Position numbers and translations under genes: made by a program. A model generated the notes under the pieces. The model saw nothing but the letters and a program-made list of their open reading frames with translations, ran no database searches and had not been told where the DNA came from. A DNA stretch of 26,057 nucleotides from Sulfurimonadaceae bacterium (GTDB lineage Bacteria; Campylobacterota; Campylobacteria; Campylobacterales; Sulfurimonadaceae): assembly GCA_041562555.1 (NCBI GenBank), contig JBFEXS010000019.1:1-26057 (forward strand). The letters run 5' to 3'. Of the stretch, positions 1 to 9,057 are shown in pieces. Numbering within the stretch: position 1 is the stretch's first letter; each line of letters opens with the position of its first letter.

Positions 1-1270
1 CATCACTCTTTAAAAGTTCATTGATTTTTTTCATGGTATGAGAGATGGTAGTGTGGTCTTTCATACCGAAATACTGAGCTAATTGAGGCATTGTGTTTTG
101 CGTCAGTGAACGTGCAAGATAGATAGAGACACGTCGGGCATAGACAATGTTTTTGCTTCTGCTTTTTGATCGGATCTCACTCGGTTTGACATTGAGCTCT
201 TTTGAGACAAATTTTACGATGTGATCGATAGTGATATTTTCACGCTTCTCTTTAAGCTGTTCTTTGAGCACATTTTTGGTGAACTCAAGGGTTATCTCTT
301 GGTTCATAAGCTTTGCATAGGCGTGAAGCTTGGAGAGGATACCTTCGATCTCACGGGCATTGTTATCGATAATAGTGGCAATGTAATCGATGATCTCTTT
401 TGAGATATCAACACGATTGATTTCACATTTTTTATTGATAATAGCGATTTTAGTCTCCAGTTCGGGTGGTTGGATATCAGCGATGAGCCCCCATTCAAAA
501 CGGCTTTTGAGTCTGTCCTCAAGACCGGCGATCTGTTTGGGATGTTTATCGGAAGTCAGGATGATCTGTTTATTCTCACTGCGTAGAGTCTCAAAAGTGT
601 GAAAAAATTCCTCTTGGGTTTGATTCTTGCCGGATAAAAACTGAACATCATCGATCATTAATACATCGCAATTTCGGTATTTGTCTTTGAACCTATCCAT
701 GGTTTGATTACGAAGATGACGGGTGAAATCATTGACAAACTGTTCAACCGAGGAGTAGATAACCGATTTCCCCTGGGTTTGAAGACGGTTTCCTACGGCT
801 TGCATCAGGTGGGTCTTTCCTAAACCGACTCCCCCATAGATAAACAGGGGATTATAGGCTTCGCCCGGTTTTTCACATACAGATTGAGCTGCAGAGTAGG
901 CAAATTGGTTAGAGCTACCTACTACGTAGTTGTCGAAAGTATAGGCGGGGTTCAGCAGGCTTTGGTGGGCTGAGTGTTGAGGAGAAGATGGTGTAGAAGT
1001 ATCCGCGCCGCTTAGTTTCTCTTTCCGTTTGTTTTTAAGTTCAAAGGCAACAGTCGGCTTGATACTGGTCTTGACTTCAAAGAGGTGGGCGATCTTTTCA
1101 CTGTATCGTGTCTTAACCCATGAGGCGATGAGGGGATTGGGTGCTAAGAAAAGTGCATAGTCGGTTCTTGAACCCTCGGTACAAAAGTCGAGCTGTTTGA
1201 TATAACGATTATATTCAACCTCGCTGATCTCTTGTTTGAGAAGTTCTAAGATGGAGTCGCCAATGGTCAT
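1..1270 (-). CDS. dnaA: Chromosomal replication initiator DnaA (3' end lies outside the window; absent from ORF track)
   Basis: Manual translation from ATG at 1270: MTIGDSILELLKQEISEVEYNRYIKQL...; Walker A YNPLFIYGGVGLGKTHLM, Walker B VLMIDDVQF, domain IV GMKDHTTISH. Confidence 0.98.
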   Translation of the reverse strand, partial: MTIGDSILELLKQEISEVEYNRYIKQLDFCTEGSRTDYALFLAPNPLIASWVKTRYSEKIAHLFEVKTSIKPTVAFELKNKRKEKLSGADTSTPSSPQHSAHQSLLNPAYTFDNYVVGSSNQFAYSAAQSVCEKPGEAYNPLFIYGGVGLGKTHLMQAVGNRLQTQGKSVIYSSVEQFVNDFTRHLRNQTMDRFKDKYRNCDVLMIDDVQFLSGKNQTQEEFFHTFETLRSENKQIILTSDKHPKQIAGLEDRLKSRFEWGLIADIQPPELETKIAIINKKCEINRVDISKEIIDYIATIIDNNAREIEGILSKLHAYAKLMNQEITLEFTKNVLKEQLKEKRENITIDHIVKFVSKELNVKPSEIRSKSRSKNIVYARRVSIYLARSLTQNTMPQLAQYFGMKDHTTISHTMKKINELLKSD

Positions 1271-1289
1271 AAAGAGGTCCCTTTTTCAA

Positions 1290-1447
1290 TGTGAATAACT
1301 TTTGTGAATAATAACCAAAAAATCCAGATAATTAGCTAAAATAGCGAAGTTCATCATGTGAACTACAGGTTATTCACATTTGTGAACAACTTGACTTGAA
1401 GTTTAAAGAGAACCCTGTAACTAGGGAAAAAGGGAAGATGTGAATAT
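1290..1447. promoter_or_regulatory. oriC1 DnaA-box cluster between dnaA and ruvC
   Basis: TGTGAATAA at 1290-1298 and 1303-1311, TTATTCACA at 1370-1378, TGTGAACAA at 1381-1389, degenerate TGTGAACTA at 1357-1365 and TGTGAATAT at 1439-1447; matches Campylobacterota box TTATTCACA and ruvC-dnaA synteny. Confidence 0.88.
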
Positions 1448-1916
1448 CTTGGGGATAGATCCTGGAACACGCAACTTAGGTTATGCGATTATTTCATTGG
1501 AGGGAAGTACGATGAAATTGGTCGAGGCAGGTCTGATCAAGATGAAAGCAGAAGAGTTGCAATTTCAGATTCCCCAAATGGTCGAGGGTTTTGATCAGAT
1601 CTTTAATGCCCACAAGATAGATGAAGTTGCAATGGAAGATATTTTTTATGCCCATAATCCAAAGACGACGATCAAGCTTGCACAATTTCGTGGAGCCATG
1701 ATGCTTAAGATCTTACAGGAATTTGGTCAGTTCAATGAGTACACTGCTCTTCAGGTCAAGAAGGCTTTGACGGGTAAGGGCAAGGCACAAAAAGAGCAGG
1801 TCGCCTTTATGGTACAGCGTTTGTTAGGAATAAAAAAACCAATTAAGCCTTTGGACATATCCGATGCCATGGCTGTTGCGATCACTCATGCTCAGCGGGT
1901 AAAGCTTAAAAAATAA
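1440..1916 (+). CDS. ruvC: Holliday junction resolvase RuvC
   Basis: [43 protein letters not shown] motifs; GTG start. Confidence 0.97.
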   Translation: MNILGIDPGTRNLGYAIISLEGSTMKLVEAGLIKMKAEELQFQIPQMVEGFDQIFNAHKIDEVAMEDIFYAHNPKTTIKLAQFRGAMMLKILQEFGQFNEYTALQVKKALTGKGKAQKEQVAFMVQRLLGIKKPIKPLDISDAMAVAITHAQRVKLKK

Positions 1917-2020
1917 TATTTATTTATACCTTGTCACACTTATTCAACACTTTTTTTCAGGACAATCATTTACTAATTTGGGATAAACTAGTACCCAAGA
2001 AAAGTATTTTTAGGGAGTTT

Positions 2021-2374
2021 ATGATGACTGAAAAGATTCTTTTAGCCTTAGACGCCGCAGAAAAGTCTTACATGTATACTAAAAATCACAAACTTGAAGA
2101 AGGAAGTCTGCGACAGCCTGAACATATGATAGCCTTGAACGCTTTGTATGAGTCTTTTGTCCATTATGGACTCGCTGTTTCACAGATACCTGAGGTGATG
2201 TGTGAACTTGAAGAAGAGAGTTATATCTATGCTACGTTGATCGAACCTCATCTTAAGGTCGTAAATGACATCGAGATGATCGCCAAACAGTATACATTGA
2301 TGTATGTGCAATATATTGCACAAATTGCAAAAGGAATGCAAAGCAAAGAGGCAGTTGAAAAGCTTTTTGCTTAA
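2021..2374 (+). CDS. Hypothetical protein, 117 aa
   Basis: RBS AGGGAG ahead of ATG 2021 (better than track start 1931); -10-like TAAACT at 1984-1989; no family recognised. Confidence 0.7.
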   Translation: MMTEKILLALDAAEKSYMYTKNHKLEEGSLRQPEHMIALNALYESFVHYGLAVSQIPEVMCELEEESYIYATLIEPHLKVVNDIEMIAKQYTLMYVQYIAQIAKGMQSKEAVEKLFA

Positions 2375-2871
2375 GTCTTCTCAACCATGAAATCGACAAA
2401 CTCATAATCATAGGGGTTATTTTCATCCCTGGCATGTCTTTCCCGTTTTATCTCGCGCAAATCGAGGGTAGAATAATCAGGAAACTGTGTATCCCCATCT
2501 ACATCTAGATCAATAAAGGTAAGATAGAGTCTGTCGGCAGATGTAAGTGCCTGGGCATAAAGCTTTCCGCCGCCGATGATCATAACCTCTTCGACATCCT
2601 TCACCAGCTCAATCGCTTTTTCCAAAGAATTGACGACATCACACCCTTCGATGTGATAATCACTGTTTCGACTAACAATGATGTTTTGTCTTCCCGGAAG
2701 GGGTCTGCCAATAGATTCATAGGTTTTTCTTCCCATGATGATCGGTTTTCCCAAGGTTACGCTTTTAAAGTGTTTAAGGTCGGCCGGAAGATGCCAGGGC
2801 ATATCATTATCTTTACCTATAACACGATTGTTAGCCATTGCGACGATAATGGAAATAAGGGGTTTATGCAT
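2371..2871 (-). CDS. folA: Dihydrofolate reductase
   Basis: VIGKDNDMPWHLPADLKHFK, IMGRKTYESIGRPLPGRQNIIVSR, IIGGG, GDTQFP. Confidence 0.97.
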   Translation of the reverse strand: MHKPLISIIVAMANNRVIGKDNDMPWHLPADLKHFKSVTLGKPIIMGRKTYESIGRPLPGRQNIIVSRNSDYHIEGCDVVNSLEKAIELVKDVEEVMIIGGGKLYAQALTSADRLYLTFIDLDVDGDTQFPDYSTLDLREIKRERHARDENNPYDYEFVDFMVEKT

Positions 2872-2880
2872 ATTACAGGC

Positions 2881-3732
2881 CTATACGGAAAATGGATACG
2901 CTATGGGATCGTGACACTCATAGCCGCTGATGGAAAAGTCATCCATGCTTACCCATGTCTCAAGGTCTTCGAGTGTTTGGATCTTCTCGTTGATATGCAG
3001 TTGGGGAGATGGGAAAGGTTCGCGTTTGAGCTGAACATCGCGCATGAGTTCCAATTGGTCTTCATAGATGTGGGCATTGACGATTTTGTGATAAGCTGTT
3101 CCTGCTTTCTTGCCGGTAATACGTGCCATAAGGGCTAAGAAGGTAAAGACCTGGACCTGATTGAAGTTCAGTCCGAGAGGTACATCACAGGAGCGTTGGT
3201 AGGAAGTCAGATGAAGCGTATCTCCCAGTAAAGAAAAGGTATGGGTATGCATGCAAGGACGAAGGCATCCCATGTGAAATTCACCTGGGTTGTAAAACGT
3301 GATGATCTCGGCTCTGTCATCGATTCCGTTACTCAGGTTGTCAACGACTTTTTTAAGTTGATCAATGGTGTTTCCCTCGGGTGTTTTCCAACCGCGGGCT
3401 TGTACACCATATACCCGACCCATGTCGTCTTCACCTTTTCTATAAGGGTTGTTTAGCCAAGCTTCATTCAGATTCGCATTGGCATCCCAGGTCTTTGTGC
3501 CAAGCGCTCGGAAGTCGGCAGCATTGTCATACCCACGTATGTATCCCAGGAATTCGGCAATAGCAGCTTTGTAATAGGATTTTCGTGTGGTGATAAGGGG
3601 AAATTCATTTTTTCCCACTTCATATTGAAGGTCTGCATTGATAACCGTTAGACAGCGTTTGCCTGTACGCTCATTGTCGATCCATGTGCCCTCTTTGATA
3701 ATCCTATTACAAAGTTCAAGATACTGCTTCAT
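2881..3732 (-). CDS. thyA: Thymidylate synthase ThyA (283 aa from MKQYLEL)
   Basis: Catalytic [33 protein letters not shown] ahead of ATG 3732. Confidence 0.97.
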   Translation of the reverse strand: MKQYLELCNRIIKEGTWIDNERTGKRCLTVINADLQYEVGKNEFPLITTRKSYYKAAIAEFLGYIRGYDNAADFRALGTKTWDANANLNEAWLNNPYRKGEDDMGRVYGVQARGWKTPEGNTIDQLKKVVDNLSNGIDDRAEIITFYNPGEFHMGCLRPCMHTHTFSLLGDTLHLTSYQRSCDVPLGLNFNQVQVFTFLALMARITGKKAGTAYHKIVNAHIYEDQLELMRDVQLKREPFPSPQLHINEKIQTLEDLETWVSMDDFSISGYECHDPIAYPFSV

Positions 3733-3757
3733 TGTTTGCCTTTTTATAATTGAAATG

Positions 3758-3781
3758 ATTATAGTCAATCTAAGCTATAAT
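3758..3781. promoter_or_regulatory. Back-to-back sigma70 -10 boxes for thyA (-) and the lipoprotein/dgt genes (+)
   Basis: ATTATA at 3758-3763 (TATAAT on -) and GCTATAAT at 3774-3781. Confidence 0.55.
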
Positions 3782-3833
3782 ATCAATATTAGGGAGTGTA
3801 TAGCTCTGGGAATTTTTGATCGAAAGTAAAGAT

Positions 3834-4064
3834 ATGAAGATAGTTTTATGGATACTAACCGTTTTGTTAGTTGTCGGGTGTAGTTCGAAACGTGTCAAGG
3901 TCAATGGGTTGATATGTCCTGAGGGGTATTCGACGCATCAGGTCGAGAAAGACCTTATGGCATGTCAATATTATGATGAGAAGAAGGCAGCAGAAGCCTC
4001 ACAATCTCCAATCAGGCTCGAGTGTAGACGCTGTTTGGAAGAAAAAGGGTATGAGCTCGAATAG
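3834..4064 (+). CDS. Small Cys-rich lipoprotein
   Basis: MKIVLWILTVLLVVG-C lipobox from ATG 3834; 4 more Cys including C-terminal CRRC. Confidence 0.8.
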   Translation: MKIVLWILTVLLVVGCSSKRVKVNGLICPEGYSTHQVEKDLMACQYYDEKKAAEASQSPIRLECRRCLEEKGYELE

Positions 4065-4276
4065 TGCGTTCGTTGTTTTTTGGTTTTTGTCTGGCTATCA
4101 CGGGGTGTGAAGGTATAAAGCTTACCGGAAGTATGTGTGAAAGTATCGGATCTCATCATGCCATGCATGAATGCAGGGCATATGATGAAGAAGCGGCTCT
4201 AAAGGCAAGCATGCCTTCGAAGAAATTGGATTGTTTGAAATGTCAAGAGCCTGAGAAGATTGAAATACGAAGATAA
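4064..4276 (+). CDS. Small Cys-rich lipoprotein, paralogue of the upstream gene
   Basis: GTG start overlaps upstream TAG; LAITG-C lipobox; CxxYDE and LxCxxC shared with upstream protein. Confidence 0.75.
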   Translation: MRSLFFGFCLAITGCEGIKLTGSMCESIGSHHAMHECRAYDEEAALKASMPSKKLDCLKCQEPEKIEIRR

Positions 4277-4308
4277 CAATACAAACTTAGCGTTTAAAAA
4301 GGAAGTCA

Positions 4309-5406
4309 ATGCAGGCACATGAGCGGTTTTACGGTATATCTGATGATTTCAGATCACCTTTCGCACGGGATAGAGACAGGATTATTCATTCAGGGAGTTT
4401 TAGAAAGTTAGAGTATAAAACGCAGGTGTTTTTAAATCAGGAGGGTGATTTTTTCAGAACACGTTTGACCCACTCCATCGAGGTATCACAGATAGCCCGT
4501 TCCATATCTTCACAATTAGGTCTTGAGGAGTCTCTGGCGGAGGCCATTGCCCTGTCCCATGATTTGGGACATACACCTTTCGGACATGTAGGCGGGGATG
4601 AATTGGATGAACAATTAAAACAAGCAGGTTACACAAATGGTTTCGAACATAATTATCAATCGTTCCGTGTGCTTACCTCTTTAGAAAAACGTTATAAGGG
4701 ATTTAATGGACTGAATCTCTCTTTTGCGACTTTAGAAGGCGTATTAAAGCACTCCTATCCGTACAAGAAATCGTTTTTCCCCGATGAGATCGACAAACTC
4801 TTCAAGCTGGATACGCACCCTTCTATTGAAGCTATGATCGTAGACAGAGCCGATGAGATCGCTTATATGAGCCATGATATCGATGATGGTGTTCATTCGG
4901 GATTGATCAGTTTCGAGACATTAAAACGCAGTGAGTTAGCACAGGAGATTTTGGAAAAGGTTTATGAAGAGGGCATAGCCGAGGATGAGGATGAGATGTT
5001 TCGATATCGTTTCTCATCACACTTTATCAACCATCTGGTGTATTCGCTTTTGGATTATTCCCGTCCGAGAGTTGACAACTCCAGAGTCTTAAGTGCTTCT
5101 ATTCCCAGTACAGAAGCTATCCCAATAGGTTTTGAACCCGAACTGGAAACGAAGATCAAGAAACTCAAAAAGATACTCTTTCAGGAACTGTATCAACACA
5201 AAGAGATTGTCCGTAAGATGTATGCGGGTAAAAAGGCCGTTGAAGGGCTTTTTGGAGCCTTGATGGATGAGCCGAAGATGCTGCCTAACTATTATGCTTC
5301 ACAATTGGAGTTTCGAAACAAACATCGTGTTATAGCGGACTATATTGCCAGTTTGTCAGACCGTTCGGCGATGGCTTTATATAATGAGATATACGGAAAG
5401 ATCTAA
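4309..5406 (+). CDS. dgt: Deoxyguanosinetriphosphate triphosphohydrolase-like HD protein
   Basis: DRDRIIHSGSFRKLEYKTQVF, RTRLTHSIEVSQIAR, HDLGHTPFGH, ADEIAYMSHDIDDG, ADYIASLSD. Confidence 0.93.
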   Translation: MQAHERFYGISDDFRSPFARDRDRIIHSGSFRKLEYKTQVFLNQEGDFFRTRLTHSIEVSQIARSISSQLGLEESLAEAIALSHDLGHTPFGHVGGDELDEQLKQAGYTNGFEHNYQSFRVLTSLEKRYKGFNGLNLSFATLEGVLKHSYPYKKSFFPDEIDKLFKLDTHPSIEAMIVDRADEIAYMSHDIDDGVHSGLISFETLKRSELAQEILEKVYEEGIAEDEDEMFRYRFSSHFINHLVYSLLDYSRPRVDNSRVLSASIPSTEAIPIGFEPELETKIKKLKKILFQELYQHKEIVRKMYAGKKAVEGLFGALMDEPKMLPNYYASQLEFRNKHRVIADYIASLSDRSAMALYNEIYGKI

Positions 5407-5420
5407 AAAACTATAGATCA

Positions 5421-5450
5421 TACCCCTTTTACGTGTTCACGTCAGGGGTA
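5421..5450. terminator. Hairpin between convergent dgt and flgE
   Basis: TACCCCT...ACGTG-TT-CACGT...AGGGGTA inverted repeat; U-tract is not immediately adjacent. Confidence 0.55.
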
Positions 5451-5467
5451 GGGATGTTTATATCAGG

Positions 5468-7537
5468 TTAGTTTTTGAGGTTGATCAGGGTGTTAAGCAG
5501 CTGATCAGAAGTAGTGATGGTCTTACCATTGGCTTGATAACCACGCTGGATGATGATCAGTTGTGTAAGTGAACGGGACAGGTCAACGTTTGAAGCCTCC
5601 AGAGCCGATGATTGAATAAACCCGCGTCCACCGGTAGCGGCAGTACCGATAATCGGATCACCGGAGTTGGCGGATTGTAGGTAGACATTCCCGCCGTCAG
5701 AGGCGAGACCCTCATTATTCACGAACTTAGCCATAGCGATCTGAGCCAACCCGAATGAACGGCCGTTGGAGAACGAACCGATAAGTGTTCCCGATTGATC
5801 GATACGAATACCCAATAGGTCCCCACCGGTATAACCGTCTTGAGATAGTCCCGATGTTGCTGAAGGGCTGTCAAAAGAGGTCAAGCCATCATAACTATTG
5901 AGTGTTCCAAAGTCCAAGTCGATGGTTTGTGGTGAAGCTGAGCCATTTCCAGGGATCAGATCAAAAGAGCCGGGATTGATACCGACAATAGCACCGTTTG
6001 AGTCAAAGGTCACATTTCCACCGGTAAGAATATTGGTATCCGGGGCAGTTGCACCAACAAAAGCAGCAGGCTGTGGCACGGTAAGGGTATAATCCCACAT
6101 CGATCCGGTTGCTGTCGTCTGTTGGGTCTTTCTAAAGTTGATCGTCACGGTATGTTTGGAACCTAAGGAGTCAAAGATATCCAAACTACTGGTATGGGTA
6201 GCGGCATTGATCGGTTGGGAACGGCGGATCTGACCGACTCCGGTGGAAAGACTTCCCTGAAGACTTTGAAGATTGTCGGCAAAGAAATTGTTGGTATTAA
6301 CAGTTGCCGTACTTAGATCGGTGATACTGATGTTCATTGCTGTTGCACCGCTGACATTGTTAATCTCGATCTTCCCGTCTGCGGCGATGGTGACCTCAGA
6401 ACCGACAGATACCAGTTCGGCATCAGCGTCTAAAAGCGCACGTAGGTCTTCGGTTGTTCTGAAGATTCTTAGTCCTGCATTTCCGGCAACGGGATCATAG
6501 GTATATTGTTGCGCAGTTACGAGGTTTCCGGTTGTGGCATCAAGACCCGTATTGGCTAATTGAGCTCCTGCAAGGGCGATGTTCTTGCTGCTTGCTGTGG
6601 TTCCGGTTCGGTTATTGTTTGTCAGTGCAATTTGGTCATTTCCCGCACCTGTGATAGTTGCTACTACTCCTGTGACACTGCTTCTGCTGTTGATTGCTGC
6701 AACGATCTCACGAGCATTGTCTGTAGGAGAGATTCCCGAAGTAGTAACGATGATATCCTCTCCATTAATCTGAAAGTCACCTGCGGCAAAGGTTAAGACA
6801 CCACCTGCAACCGTATTGACCCCATTTGCTGTTGCATCTTGAAAACTTGCCCAGATACCTTGACCGGTTTGAAGGTTAAAGGCTTGACCTGTCGAGTCGA
6901 AAAGAACTCCAAGGTCTTCGGTGACCTCATTTGCTCCCAGACCCGGAACATCATCAAGTGCAAAAGTCGGTGAGAATTGATCTACTGTCGGTCCCGAGTT
7001 AAGATTAGCTTTAAGGTTAATGATCTGTGTGGCATTCGCGGGTGTAGTCAGACCCGGTGCGATGACAATGTTCTGGATCGGAGCAGTATTGTCAACCAGA
7101 TTGGTGATCTCATCACGTACCCAGCCCTGCGCAATAAAACCGTTATTGTCGACAAAGTTACCGTTGGCATCAAATTTAAAATCCCCCGAACGGGTATATT
7201 TATAGGAACTTCCTCCGTCTCCGCTTACCACAAAGAATCCGTCCCCCTGGATAGCAACGTCGGTATTTTTATCGGTATTTTGAATAGAACCCTGAGTGTG
7301 AATACGTGTAATAGAGTTCACGGTTGCACCCAAGCCGATCTGTACAGCATTTCTACCACCCAGTTGACCCTGTGGTGCTGTTGCGATCTGGTTGGTCTGT
7401 GCCAAAAGGTCAGAAAAGTTTGCACGGGAGTATTTAAAACCTATGGTATTTACGTTGGCGATATTGTTGGACTCGGTATCCATGGCGATTTGGTGTGACT
7501 GTAGACCAGAAACACCTGAAAATAGAGACTTTAACAT
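5468..7537 (-). CDS. flgE: Flagellar hook protein FlgE (long, 689 aa)
   Basis: SNNIANVNTIGFK, AIQGDGFF, YTRSGDFKFD, IFDSLGSKH, QDGYTGG, LEASNVDLS; RBS AAAAGGA. Confidence 0.95.
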   Translation of the reverse strand: MLKSLFSGVSGLQSHQIAMDTESNNIANVNTIGFKYSRANFSDLLAQTNQIATAPQGQLGGRNAVQIGLGATVNSITRIHTQGSIQNTDKNTDVAIQGDGFFVVSGDGGSSYKYTRSGDFKFDANGNFVDNNGFIAQGWVRDEITNLVDNTAPIQNIVIAPGLTTPANATQIINLKANLNSGPTVDQFSPTFALDDVPGLGANEVTEDLGVLFDSTGQAFNLQTGQGIWASFQDATANGVNTVAGGVLTFAAGDFQINGEDIIVTTSGISPTDNAREIVAAINSRSSVTGVVATITGAGNDQIALTNNNRTGTTASSKNIALAGAQLANTGLDATTGNLVTAQQYTYDPVAGNAGLRIFRTTEDLRALLDADAELVSVGSEVTIAADGKIEINNVSGATAMNISITDLSTATVNTNNFFADNLQSLQGSLSTGVGQIRRSQPINAATHTSSLDIFDSLGSKHTVTINFRKTQQTTATGSMWDYTLTVPQPAAFVGATAPDTNILTGGNVTFDSNGAIVGINPGSFDLIPGNGSASPQTIDLDFGTLNSYDGLTSFDSPSATSGLSQDGYTGGDLLGIRIDQSGTLIGSFSNGRSFGLAQIAMAKFVNNEGLASDGGNVYLQSANSGDPIIGTAATGGRGFIQSSALEASNVDLSRSLTQLIIIQRGYQANGKTITTSDQLLNTLINLKN

Positions 7538-7661
7538 AGTTTATCCTTTTTAACAGGCCCCCGTTGGTACTTTTTATGGGAAGTACCTCTGGTTTCAATC
7601 CTGCAATGCAGTTTTTTTGCATTGACTCTTGGATCTAAGCTTTGTGACTAGTAATGATTAA

Positions 7662-7679
7662 AAGCAAACAATGTTCCAA
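7662..7679 (-). promoter_or_regulatory. sigma54 (RpoN) -24/-12 promoter of long flgE
   Basis: Minus strand TTGGAACATTGTTTGCTT: GG-N10-GC, matching the Campylobacter/Helicobacter TGGAAC...TTGCTT consensus. Confidence 0.85.
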
Positions 7680-7785
7680 CTTTAGGTATTATGTATCAAA
7701 AAACTTGATATAAAAATATATAAATAGATTGAGTTGATAAATGTAACTAAGAGAGAAGAGATAGCAGTAAAAGGCTTTTTACCTT

Positions 7786-9042
7786 TTACATATTGAGGGC
7801 CTTTTGTAGCATCTGATCTGAGGTTGAAATCGTTTTTGCAGTCGCATCGTAGGAGCGCTGCATGATGATCAATTCCGTCAGGGCTGTTTCCAGTCGGACA
7901 TTGGAGTTTTCCAATGTGGCACTCAAAAGTTCTCCATTGTTTTGTGCATAAAAGATGGGCTTACCACTGTTATCGGAGACTTTAAAACGGTTTCCGCTGA
8001 TAGCTTCAAGACCCTGATCGTTTTGGAAGTGGTAAATGGCTACCCTACCGACAACGCTTTGCAGACCATTGGTAAAAGTAGAGACGACCTCACCACGTCG
8101 ATTGACAGTATATTCAAGAAGGTCTCCACCTAGATTACCATCAACAGTAGCGGCTCCGGCAACGGTAGGACCGCTGTTTGATAGTACGCCGTCAAGGCCT
8201 GTACCAAGATTGATGGCCACGGGTGCACCGTCATTATTGATACTTGTCAGAGTTGATCTGATCAGATTACCTGTCTCATCAAAGGTGACAACACCATTTT
8301 GGGTGTCATATATGACAGTTCCATCAGCACTCTGTGTAGTCGCTACAACATCCCATGAGGTACCGCTAGCAGGTTGGGGTGTCGTCTGATTGAAAACAAG
8401 GCGAAGATTATTGCGTTCGCTGTTAGGACTGATCACCGTGGCAGAAAGAACCTGGGTGACCGGATCAACACCCAGGTTTCCAAAAAAGTCAGCCTGTGTC
8501 GATGGCTGAACAGGATACTGAAGATCCGCAGGGAAGATCAAGGCTCCCTGCGCTGATACACTACCCAGTTCCAGGCTGTCAATAACCGGAGAGAGCACAC
8601 TGCCGCCTGTATTATTTCCCAAAGTACCGGTAACAAAATACCCTTCTTCCGATACAAGACGGACACTCGTGCCGGAACCTGTAGTAAAAGGGTCGAAGTG
8701 AAAGTTTCCTGCACGGGTAAAGAACTGTTCATTATTCGGTCCGGCCAGACCAAACCATCCATCATCTCCGATAATCGCAAGATCGGCATTATTATCGGTA
8801 TTGAGATAACTGCCGGTATGAAGATCAAGGGCTGTTGCACTTACCCGTGTTCCCAGACCTACCTGACGTGTACTTGAACCGGTAGTACCTGAGGCAAAAT
8901 GTTGTTCGAAGAGATTGGAAAACTCGGTACTTGAGCCTCTGAAACCAACGGTATTGACATTGGCGATATTATTGGCCAGGACGTCGATCCCTGTTTGAAA
9001 GGACTGTAAACCACTGACACCGGCATAAATTGACTGTAACAT
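7786..9042 (-). CDS. Short FlgE-like hook/basal-body paralogue (418 aa)
   Basis: ANNIANVNTVGFR, FTRAGNFHFD, LENSNV; directly after flgD, like H. pylori HP0908 / C. jejuni Cj0043. Confidence 0.88.
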   Translation of the reverse strand: MLQSIYAGVSGLQSFQTGIDVLANNIANVNTVGFRGSSTEFSNLFEQHFASGTTGSSTRQVGLGTRVSATALDLHTGSYLNTDNNADLAIIGDDGWFGLAGPNNEQFFTRAGNFHFDPFTTGSGTSVRLVSEEGYFVTGTLGNNTGGSVLSPVIDSLELGSVSAQGALIFPADLQYPVQPSTQADFFGNLGVDPVTQVLSATVISPNSERNNLRLVFNQTTPQPASGTSWDVVATTQSADGTVIYDTQNGVVTFDETGNLIRSTLTSINNDGAPVAINLGTGLDGVLSNSGPTVAGAATVDGNLGGDLLEYTVNRRGEVVSTFTNGLQSVVGRVAIYHFQNDQGLEAISGNRFKVSDNSGKPIFYAQNNGELLSATLENSNVRLETALTELIIMQRSYDATAKTISTSDQMLQKALNM

Positions 9043-9057
9043 AGGATATCCTTTGCG

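Noticed and set aside
221..602. Short track ORFs (221-403, 304-522, 390-602)
   Set aside because: Shadow frames of dnaA
1930..1990. DnaA-box-like words after ruvC (CTTGTCACA, TTATTCAACA)
   Set aside because: Two or more mismatches or an insertion; expected by chance in AT-rich DNA
7538..7655. c-di-GMP-I riboswitch in the flgE leader
   Set aside because: Lacks the GGCAAA/GNRA/GCAAA signature by eye; kept as an unknown structured leader
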